From Promethearchaeota archaeon (GTDB taxonomy: Archaea; Asgardarchaeota; Hermodarchaeia; Hermodarchaeales; Hermodarchaeaceae), in the NCBI GenBank assembly GCA_048939245.1, contig JBHLPR010000057.1, forward strand, positions 1 through 14,441: 14,441 nt of DNA, written 5' to 3'. This document shows, one piece after another, positions 7,085 to 14,344 of this stretch (the stretch's first letter is position 1; every line of letters starts with the position of its first letter). The translations under genes were made by a program, and so were the position numbers. The notes beneath the pieces were generated by a model, which was given only the letters and a program-made list of their open reading frames with translations, ran no database searches and had not been told where the DNA came from.

Positions 7085-8863
7085 ATGCGAATGGTAGCGT
7101 CAGAGCTTCGAAAACGGTACCTACGATTTTTCCAAAAGCGAGGTCATGCAATCATTCCATCCGCTTCGTTGATTCCACAACTAGATCCCACTGTTCTCTT
7201 CCAAAGTGCGGGAATGCAACCGTTAGTGCCCTATTTGTTAGGTCAACGACACCCAGATGGCAATCGCCTCGTCAATGTGCAAAAATGTATCAGAACCGAC
7301 GATATCGATGAAGTCGGAGACACCTTTCACCTCACTTTCTTTGAGATGTTAGGTAACTGGTCATTGGGTGACTATTGGAAGCAAGGAGCCATTGAAATGG
7401 CAACGGAATTCCTCCTTGACCCTCAAGAGGGACTTGGACTCGAAAAAGAATACTTGCACGTGACCGTCTTTGAAGGAGATAGCCAAGTTTCCGCTGATGA
7501 AGAGGCAGCACATGCTTGGGAAAATCTCGGAATTGCACGTGACCACATCCACTATCTATCTTACAAGGAGAATTGGTGGGCTCTAGGTGATACCGGACCC
7601 CAAGGACCTGATACCGAAATTTTTGTCGATACCCTCGAACCAAGTTGTTCAAAGACATGTCGTCCCGGTTGTGGATGCGGGAAATACGTCGAAATTTGGA
7701 ATCTTGTTTTCATGTCTTATGACCGTGCAGAAGATGGAACACTAACACCTCTCAAGAAGAAGAATATAGACACAGGTATGGGCCTAGAACGTGCCTTGCA
7801 GGCTATAAACCAACTTCCTAGCGTGTATGAAACAGATGTCTTCAGACCTATTGTGGAGAAAATAAAAGAACTCGCCCAGATTCAAAATCCTTCAGCAAAG
7901 GAGCAAAAGACGATTAGAATCATCGCAGACCATATCCGTTCCGCAGCCATGGCCCTAGCAGACGACCAGGGACTTGTACCGTCTAATGTGGAACGTGGCT
8001 ACGTAATTCGACGATTACTACGAGTCGCTATTCGTAAGGGATTGCAGCTGGGAATTGATCAATTCTTTCTGACAAAATTGATTCCTGCGGTTATCGAGTG
8101 TCTCGCGGATGAATACGATGAACTTCACCGAAATCAAAAGCATATTCTGATTCAAATTGAAAAAGAAGAAAAACGGTTCCGGAAAACCCTTCGTAGAGGG
8201 CTTCGCATCGCAGAAAAAATTCTCAAAGAGAAAGGAGTGTTAACAGGAAAAGATGCGTTCACGCTCTTTGCTACATATGGTTTCCCCACTGAAATGACTG
8301 TTCAAATCGCTGAAGAAAATGGCCAGAAAGTCGATTTAGAAGAATTCCGAAAAGAGTTCGAACGGCACAGACAAATTTCCCGAGATGCCACACAACAAAA
8401 ATTCGCGAGCGGGCTAGCAGACCACTCCGACGAAGTCATTCGCTTGCATACAGCGACCCATTTGCTCCATGCTGCACTTCAAAAGTTTGTAGGAACTTCG
8501 GTTTACCAGAAAGGGAGCAACATCACTAACGAACGGTTACGTCTTGATGTGCAATTGAATCGTAAACTAACTCCGGAAGAACTCAAGCAAGTGGAAACAT
8601 GGGTTAATGAAATCATAAAGCGTGATTTACCCATAAGTTTCGAAATGATGTCCCCGAAAGAGGCGCGGAAGGCGGGAGCGTTGGGATTCTTTGGTGAAAA
8701 GTATGGCGAACAGGTAAAGGTCTATTCGGTGGGAAACGTGTCCAAAGAAATTTGTAGTGGTCCCCACGTTTCTCATACTGGCGAACTGGGAAAATTTACA
8801 ATAACCAAGCAAAAACGTATTGGTGCTGATACTCTTCGATTACGGGCTATTGTTGAACCCTAA
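7085..8863 (+). CDS. alaS: Alanine--tRNA ligase, short (592 aa) form without the C-Ala domain
   Basis: DPTVLF..AGMQPL, QKCIRTDDIDEVGD..HLTFFEMLGNWSLGDY, EIWNLVFM, IDTGMGLER, IADHIR, PSN..RGYVIRRLLR, TYGFP, editing-site HTATHLLH and EICSGPHV. Confidence 0.96.
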   Translation: MRMVASELRKRYLRFFQKRGHAIIPSASLIPQLDPTVLFQSAGMQPLVPYLLGQRHPDGNRLVNVQKCIRTDDIDEVGDTFHLTFFEMLGNWSLGDYWKQGAIEMATEFLLDPQEGLGLEKEYLHVTVFEGDSQVSADEEAAHAWENLGIARDHIHYLSYKENWWALGDTGPQGPDTEIFVDTLEPSCSKTCRPGCGCGKYVEIWNLVFMSYDRAEDGTLTPLKKKNIDTGMGLERALQAINQLPSVYETDVFRPIVEKIKELAQIQNPSAKEQKTIRIIADHIRSAAMALADDQGLVPSNVERGYVIRRLLRVAIRKGLQLGIDQFFLTKLIPAVIECLADEYDELHRNQKHILIQIEKEEKRFRKTLRRGLRIAEKILKEKGVLTGKDAFTLFATYGFPTEMTVQIAEENGQKVDLEEFRKEFERHRQISRDATQQKFASGLADHSDEVIRLHTATHLLHAALQKFVGTSVYQKGSNITNERLRLDVQLNRKLTPEELKQVETWVNEIIKRDLPISFEMMSPKEARKAGALGFFGEKYGEQVKVYSVGNVSKEICSGPHVSHTGELGKFTITKQKRIGADTLRLRAIVEP

Positions 8864-8908
8864 TTGAAATGACTCTCTAGGTAAAGGAGATTTTCGTTAC
8901 AAAACGTG

Positions 8909-9403
8909 CTAGATATCCTTCTGATCATCCTTTAGCGGGAGTGGCATGATATACATTTGGGAGATGTATTCCGAACCACCGCAGGCACATTCACCTTCTT
9001 TTTTGAAAATGAAGTCATCTTGTTCCCAGACCCGTTCTCTGGTTCGGTTGCATTCCTGACATCGAAGCTGCACCACGACACCGATCTTCTTGTATTCAAG
9101 GATGTATCGATTGAGACGACTATTCACTGTGCCCGCTACTCCATATACAACCATGGATAATGCAAATGTTATGAACATGACATAATAGAACCAACTAGGA
9201 AGGAAGAGCGGTTCAGTGCTCCATAGAAAGAAGAGAAATTGGGTATAAACAAGAATCCCTAATTGTAGCATCAAAGCAATCAGAATGGCAGTAGAGAAGT
9301 AGCCCATGAAGCGACTGGTCCGCGCATAGGACTTAATTCGATTTACCAATCTACGAAGCTGATCAATTGTGGGTTTAGGTTCTTGCCATGGTTCTACGGT
9401 CAT
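8909..9403 (-). CDS. 2-TM membrane protein with a C-terminal Zn-ribbon-like domain
   Basis: Two long hydrophobic segments, then RCQEC...RERVWEQDDFIFKKEGECACGG...ISQMY. Confidence 0.8.
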   Translation of the reverse strand: MTVEPWQEPKPTIDQLRRLVNRIKSYARTSRFMGYFSTAILIALMLQLGILVYTQFLFFLWSTEPLFLPSWFYYVMFITFALSMVVYGVAGTVNSRLNRYILEYKKIGVVVQLRCQECNRTRERVWEQDDFIFKKEGECACGGSEYISQMYIMPLPLKDDQKDI

Positions 9404-9416
9404 TGTCGTCCGAATG

Positions 9417-9440
9417 GCGTTATAAACAAAGGCTTTTAAG
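9417..9440. promoter_or_regulatory. Compact divergent promoter region (TTTATAAC on minus; AACAAAGGC-TTTTAAG on plus)
   Basis: A 78-bp gap between divergent genes, with TATA-like boxes on both strands. Confidence 0.4.
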
Positions 9441-9481
9441 ACTTCCGAAGCCGCACCTCACTTAATAGGAGAAGAATTGAG

Positions 9482-9940
9482 ATGGCCAACTCTAATGATA
9501 AGAAGAAACGTCAAGAATCACCACTTGTAGCCGTGGATGCCGTCATCCAACAAGCAGACCACGGCATAGTGTTGGTCCAACGTCGATATCCTCCCTTTCA
9601 AGGATATTGGGCATTACCGGGAGGTATGGTGGAAATCGGAGAAACCGTTGAGGAAGCACTTATTCGTGAAGTAGAAGAAGAGACCGGCCTGGTTGTCGAA
9701 CCCACTAAATTGATTGGAGTTTTTTCTAATCCGGCACGTGACCCCCGAGGTCATGTGATAAGCATCGCTTTTCTTGTGCAAATTAAAAGTGGCACTTTAC
9801 ATGCTAATAGCGACGCACTTAGTGTGAAATCATTTTTTGACATCCCGAAGCAACTAGCTTTTGATCATCTTAAAATTCTTGAAGCGTCTGGAGCCTTCCA
9901 GAGTGGAGAGGACCGCAAAACTGGCTCAGTTGACGAATAG
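9482..9940 (+). CDS. Nudix hydrolase (ADP-ribose pyrophosphatase-like)
   Basis: Nudix box GGMVEIGETVEEALIREVEEETGL, VAVDAVI, RDPRGHVIS and LAFDH. SD-like AGGAGA upstream. Confidence 0.93.
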   Translation: MANSNDKKKRQESPLVAVDAVIQQADHGIVLVQRRYPPFQGYWALPGGMVEIGETVEEALIREVEEETGLVVEPTKLIGVFSNPARDPRGHVISIAFLVQIKSGTLHANSDALSVKSFFDIPKQLAFDHLKILEASGAFQSGEDRKTGSVDE

Positions 9941-9945
9941 GACTC

Positions 9946-9960
9946 AACAAAGTTTATATG
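9946..9960 (+). promoter_or_regulatory. BRE/TATA-like promoter (AACAAAG-TTTATATG) for the Pro-rich gene
   Basis: Purine-rich segment directly followed by TTTATAT, about 60 nt upstream of ATG 10021. Confidence 0.55.
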
Positions 9961-9979
9961 TAAGCCTATTACATCCTAG

Positions 9980-10019
9980 CTTGCAGTACCCCACGCTGCA
10001 GATGACGGGGTGTAGCAAG
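9980..10019 (+). promoter_or_regulatory. Leader hairpin / inverted repeat covering the SD-like GGGGTG
   Basis: CTTGC (9980-9984) pairs with GCAAG (10015-10019), and GTACCCC (9986-9992) pairs with GGGGTGT (10007-10013) using two G-U pairs. The stem ends 1 nt before the ATG. Confidence 0.5.
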
Positions 10020-10020
10020 A

Positions 10021-10644
10021 ATGTCAGGCTCAGACAAAGAAGCCATATTGATTCGTGTATCTGAATTCCTATCAAAAGCCGTCAACGATTTAGCCGATGC
10101 ACTTAACACTGTTGCTAAACAAGTTACTGAGTTTCAAAAAAGCCTCAATAAGATTCGTAGCGATTTGAAGAGTGCGCAAGTTACACCTATGAGCGCAGCC
10201 AGCACACCATTGATGGCAGCCGAAATTAGCACAGGCGGCCCCTCATCAGATGCAATTTTCGATTTTCTTGAAGGCGATTCAGCCTCCATTGCCACGGCCG
10301 AAGCCGGCGGTGATGCTGAATCCATTCTTTTAGGTGAAGTTACAGCTGCAGCGGTACCTAAAGCCCCTGCAGAAATCCCACCTACAGCCCTGCCCGCAGC
10401 TGAACCACCAAGTGCACCACCAACTGGACCACCTACCGGACCCCCCAAAGCACCAGCTGCTGGACCACCAAAAGCGCCACCAACTTCCCCACCGAGTGCA
10501 CCTCCTGCAGGTACTACTAGTCCACCTCCTGCCGCTACTCCTGTTGCAGCCCCTGCAGTGGCTGCCCCCACTCCTGGAATTGCAGGTCTTCGGAATGAAA
10601 TGATGGCAGAAATCAAGCGGATCAAAGAAATCTTCGAGACCTAA
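10021..10644 (+). CDS. Hypothetical protein: N-terminal coiled coil, acidic DAIFDFLEGD motif, Pro/Ala-rich repeats and a C-terminal amphipathic helix
   Basis: Own promoter and SD, heptad pattern at residues ~8-50, PPxx repeats, terminal GIAGLRNEMMAEIKRIKEIFET. Confidence 0.85.
   Translation: MSGSDKEAILIRVSEFLSKAVNDLADALNTVAKQVTEFQKSLNKIRSDLKSAQVTPMSAASTPLMAAEISTGGPSSDAIFDFLEGDSASIATAEAGGDAESILLGEVTAAAVPKAPAEIPPTALPAAEPPSAPPTGPPTGPPKAPAAGPPKAPPTSPPSAPPAGTTSPPPAATPVAAPAVAAPTPGIAGLRNEMMAEIKRIKEIFET
10405..10512 (+). repeat. Nine tandem in-frame 12-nt units encoding PPSA PPTG PPTG PPKA PAAG PPKA PPTS PPSA PPAG
   Basis: Read directly from the sequence. Codons differ between units while the 4-residue period is kept. 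Confidence 0.85.
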
Positions 10645-10671
10645 ACCACCGGATTCTCGCTGTTATACTCT

Positions 10672-10710
10672 ATGGAAATTCAGAAAGCATAGTGCCAACT
10701 CTATTTCCAT
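10672..10710. terminator. Imperfect hairpin (ATGGAAAT...ATTTCCAT) between convergent genes, possible terminator or processing element
   Basis: 8-bp perfect arms at 10672-10679 and 10703-10710. A pyrimidine-rich tract lies on the minus strand at 10741-10770. Confidence 0.3.
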
Positions 10711-10789
10711 GCTATATCGATATTCACGACTACATCGATGCGAGGAGGGGAACAAAATGAGAGGAGAGGGTTACATGAAACATGGAACC

Positions 10790-11062
10790 CTAAGTTGACA
10801 AGCGCCAAATAGTGTTACTGGCGAGTATGTAAAACATCTCATCCTTGTAAATCACTAGCGCATGATGGTATTTGGCTACTGCCAGAAAGGTTTTGATCTT
10901 TGTTTCCTCGCCATCACGGTACTTCATCTCAACCGTTCCACCGACAGAGCCTTTATTGATACCGAGCTTGTCAATGGCTCGTTCATCCACAATTGGGATC
11001 TTAAGTGCTTTCGCTTCATTGTAGACTGCTTGTCGGAATGCACTAACTGCAGGTTTTGACAT
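10790..11062 (-). CDS. Small hypothetical alpha/beta protein (90 aa)
   Basis: ATG with SD-like GGAGAGA upstream and a TATA-like TATATAT at 11125-11119. Globular-looking composition; fills the gap between its neighbours. Confidence 0.75.
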   Translation of the reverse strand: MSKPAVSAFRQAVYNEAKALKIPIVDERAIDKLGINKGSVGGTVEMKYRDGEETKIKTFLAVAKYHHALVIYKDEMFYILASNTIWRLST

Positions 11063-11169
11063 GGTTTCTTCTCTCCGTTATCCGAGTAAGAGATAGAACT
11101 GACTTTGGAGATTTGAGCATATATAGGTTGCGTCTTATTTGTGGAAAGAAGGTTTGGTTTAATGACCTC

Positions 11170-12831
11170 TCATATCTGGGGATTTGAAAGATATTGAAGC
11201 CGAGACTTAACCAGTGAGGAGTCTGTAAAGGCAAAATATGCAGAAATCCGAGGACCACTATCAGTACCGAAGAAAGCTTTGTATAAATAGCGGAAAAAGG
11301 CGCGTTGTTTTTGCTTGGACATCGATTGGGTTAACTGTTTCATCGCATTGGTGATTGCCTTTTCAGTCCATTCTTGTGGATTAAGTAAATCATAGAGCTG
11401 CTGGTAGAAGGCCCGAAGTTCAGATGGAATTGACTGGTTCAATCCTTTTGGCGGAATGGATAAGGTGATAACGTGATAGGATTTAGGAGCATATTGGGTA
11501 ACCCATGTCTTAGCCCGGCTAAGTCGTTCCGCAATTGCATTCTGCTGATTCTTGGTTAGAGATCCTGGAATGATATCACTACTTTGCAGTTTTTCAATAG
11601 CTACCTCGGGAAGGTTTTCTTCTGGGATAATTTGTGTTAAAAGGACCGCGTGAAGATAGGGGACTTGGAGAGGGGCTTCATCAGGGAGAGAATCAAGGTT
11701 TGCTAATTCATAACTCCGTTTAATGTCATCGATTTCTTGGATTGGAGCTTTAGGAAGATCAATTTGATAATAGACTCGCTCTGCACGTTCGTATTGTCCG
11801 ATATAAGTAGGAATATACTCAAGGCCCAACGTAATCCGTTTCATGGGTCGATTTTTGAGGTACAGATACCTGAGAGCTTCGCCTGATGCGACCGAGACCC
11901 AGGTCTTAGGAGTGAATCCCTTGAAGTCAGAGCTTCCCATATCGCCTTTATCCACACCCTCTTCGATCAATCCAACCCATTCATACGCATAGGGCACGGG
12001 GGGTTTGAAGTTATAGAAATTCTCAGCAATTTCTTTGGCACTATCCCGGGATCCCCCAGGAGTAGCATGATCTTTACCAAAGGGCTCAAATGCAACAGCG
12101 AGTACCTTCCAGAGTGCCGCCCATTCAAGTCGCCACGAGAGTTTCCCATTAACGATGGAAGTGGTTCCCTTGTTACCACAATGATCGCATTGGTAGTCCG
12201 CCGTATAAGCATCTAAATCTACATCCACCACCGTCGTTGTGCTAAGGTGCTGGCACTGCTCACACACGACATCAATAGGGAACCAATTTTTCGGATAGGG
12301 ATTTCGAGCCCGGTATTTATTGATAGTTACTCGTGCTTGTTCGCGATGCTCAATCGTAAATCGCACCAAAGCATGCATTTCAGGTAAAGTGTAAATTTCA
12401 TGGGTGCTGAATACCTGAGCATCACGACTGAAATAATCCAGATAGTCACCAAAGTCCAACCAATAGCGATCAACCCAACTTGCCAACTCACCTTGAGGGT
12501 CGGGGACATCGATTAACCGACGGCCAATATGATCTCGTGCTTCACTCATATCTGAAAATTGGGCGAGCTGTCCCTCTTTCCCTTTCCATTCATCACTCGT
12601 GTAACGAACAATGGTGTGACGTGTTTTGTAGCCACGGTCTTTGAGTTGCTGCATGACTGTATTCGCTAATGTGACTTCACCTCGAAGCCTACCCACATGT
12701 TGTAAACCAGAAACAGAGAGACCACAACTACAGTATAGCTGCGGAGCGTCAACGCCCCAATATTGGATTATTTCTTCAACAAGAGCATCGATCCAATGCT
12801 GATATTTCACATCTTCTGGCACCGAAGTCAC
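11170..12831 (-). CDS. lysS: Lysine--tRNA ligase, class I
   Basis: HWID, GLSVSGLQHVG (HIGH-like), PDP, CEQC...CDHC, GKLSWRLEWAALW, FEPFGKDHATPGGS, KMSKS-like DMGSS and C-terminal FFRYLYKAFFG..SGPR. GTG start. Confidence 0.96.
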   Translation of the reverse strand: MTSVPEDVKYQHWIDALVEEIIQYWGVDAPQLYCSCGLSVSGLQHVGRLRGEVTLANTVMQQLKDRGYKTRHTIVRYTSDEWKGKEGQLAQFSDMSEARDHIGRRLIDVPDPQGELASWVDRYWLDFGDYLDYFSRDAQVFSTHEIYTLPEMHALVRFTIEHREQARVTINKYRARNPYPKNWFPIDVVCEQCQHLSTTTVVDVDLDAYTADYQCDHCGNKGTTSIVNGKLSWRLEWAALWKVLAVAFEPFGKDHATPGGSRDSAKEIAENFYNFKPPVPYAYEWVGLIEEGVDKGDMGSSDFKGFTPKTWVSVASGEALRYLYLKNRPMKRITLGLEYIPTYIGQYERAERVYYQIDLPKAPIQEIDDIKRSYELANLDSLPDEAPLQVPYLHAVLLTQIIPEENLPEVAIEKLQSSDIIPGSLTKNQQNAIAERLSRAKTWVTQYAPKSYHVITLSIPPKGLNQSIPSELRAFYQQLYDLLNPQEWTEKAITNAMKQLTQSMSKQKQRAFFRYLYKAFFGTDSGPRISAYFAFTDSSLVKSRLQYLSNPQI

Positions 12832-12866
12832 CTATTCTACCCGCTCAATTATTGAGTGAGACTTTA

Positions 12867-14006
12867 TCAACAATTCGATTTCCAACCATTCAAATCAGAG
12901 GAGAGATTGGGACCCTCCTTTTCGAATAACTGGCGGATACGGTCGGGGAGACTATCAAGATTCATTTCAGTATGCGCAGAAACAAATACTAAAGGCCGTC
13001 CATACGCATCATTAATCAGCGCTCTTACTTGTTCAGCGTGCTCAGGCTTCACCAAGTCAATTTTGTTGAGTACAAGTAATATCCGTGACATGTCAATTCC
13101 CGTCTCCTTGAGAATCTCCAAGGAACTGCTCAGCTTCATCCGAATAAGTTGTAACGAATCCGAAACATCGACGACAAATAGCACAACGTCCGCACCCCGC
13201 ATATCATCAAGATTCAATTGAAACGCCGAAATCAGCTCGGGATCCAAATCCAGGGCGAAGCCAATAGTGTCAACAAAAAACATCTCAGGATTGCCAGCCA
13301 AAGACCACTTTGACGCCAACGTCGTAAAGGGACGATCACTCACCTCCTTTTCTGCTCCCGTTAATACATTGAAAAGACTTGTTTTCCCAGCATTATAACA
13401 CCCGACCAGGCACACCATCGGAACCCTCATTTCCCGACGTTTCTTCATTCGTCGACGATGCTCTTCACGATACCGGGTTAATTCACCCGTCACCTTAGCA
13501 ATCCGCTTTCGTAACTGTTGCAATTGAGCATGATATGCATACTCACCAGGTCCCCGTCCGCCCCGTCGGGCAGGGCGTTCCTTGAGTAGACGCTCACTTT
13601 CTGTCACCTTGATATAGGGATAACTTTTCTGTAATCCAGCCAGTTCTAATTGTAATTGCGACACCCGATCCCGTGCCTCTTTCCCAAAGACTTGCAGTAC
13701 AACCTCATACCGGTCTAACACGGGGACACCAAATTTACGTTGTAGATTATGTTTTTGCATGGAGCTCAAGACATTATAGACAGCCACAACCTCAATGTTT
13801 TCCAACGCTACAAGCCCGGCAATTTCATCCACTTTACCAGACCCAAATAAGAACCCCCCATGCCTGCGTATCCGTGTCTGTAAAACCGTCTCAATCACTT
13901 CATATCCTGCAGCTTCCACAAGACTCAGAAATTCTTCCAACTGGAGTGGCCACTCAATATGATCATGAACCTGTTGTCGAAGCATTGCGATTAGCGCACG
14001 AGTCAG
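12867..14006 (-). CDS. hflX: GTPase HflX (divergent); probable CTG start at 14006, ATG alternative at 13985
   Basis: EEFLSLVEAAGY, FGSGKVDEI, DRYEVVLQVF, QLQLELAGL, GGRGPGE, G1 GCYNAGKTS, G2 FTTL, G3 DTIGF, G4 NKID and G5 VSA. Confidence 0.9.
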   Translation of the reverse strand: MTRALIAMLRQQVHDHIEWPLQLEEFLSLVEAAGYEVIETVLQTRIRRHGGFLFGSGKVDEIAGLVALENIEVVAVYNVLSSMQKHNLQRKFGVPVLDRYEVVLQVFGKEARDRVSQLQLELAGLQKSYPYIKVTESERLLKERPARRGGRGPGEYAYHAQLQQLRKRIAKVTGELTRYREEHRRRMKKRREMRVPMVCLVGCYNAGKTSLFNVLTGAEKEVSDRPFTTLASKWSLAGNPEMFFVDTIGFALDLDPELISAFQLNLDDMRGADVVLFVVDVSDSLQLIRMKLSSSLEILKETGIDMSRILLVLNKIDLVKPEHAEQVRALINDAYGRPLVFVSAHTEMNLDSLPDRIRQLFEKEGPNLSSDLNGWKSNC

Positions 14007-14074
14007 TGCTCATTCACCTTTGATTTGGAAGTCCTTTATCTACAGGAGTGCGAACCCCCAAAAAGTTCTCTATG

Positions 14075-14087
14075 TATTAAATGTTCG
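14075..14087 (-). promoter_or_regulatory. BRE/TATA-like promoter (CGAACA-TTTAATA) for hflX, possibly an hflX-lysS transcript
   Basis: About 70 nt upstream of the proposed CTG. hflX and lysS are co-oriented with a 35-bp gap. Confidence 0.4.
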
Positions 14088-14344
14088 AAGTATAGATAGA
14101 ATGCACTAATTCTTTAGAATTTAGCACTATAACGGATTAATTTTGAGTAAAAACGCTGAAAAACGCGCGTTCAATGCCCAAAACCAGCCAGAAACAACTA
14201 AACTCCTATTTAACCCCTCTAAGAGAGTTAAGCCCGAAACAAAACCGACTAAAATCCCTTTCTCTACTTTATCAACGTTCCACCCAGCACACAAACGCAA
14301 CCGTTATAAGGCGCCACAACGCAGAGTAGAACAGCGAGAAAGGT

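Noticed and set aside
7066-8812. Short ORFs within alaS
   Set aside because: Nested in a conserved housekeeping gene.
10405-10512. Repeat considered as a CRISPR array or non-coding VNTR
   Set aside because: Degenerate in-frame 12-nt units with no spacers.
9861-10625. ORFs 9861-10064, 10134-10625 (Gly/Ala-rich antisense) and 10334-10603 (His/Gln/Leu-rich)
   Set aside because: Frame and strand shadows of the Pro-repeat gene; the plus-strand frame has the promoter, SD and structured termini.
12867-12884. HflX ends in a terminal Cys (WKSNC), considered as a prenylation site
   Set aside because: Not CaaX, CC or CxC, and the HflX tail is variable, so chance is likely.
10862-14023. Short ORFs overlapping the 90-aa gene, lysS and hflX
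   Set aside because: Nested or antisense to better-supported genes.
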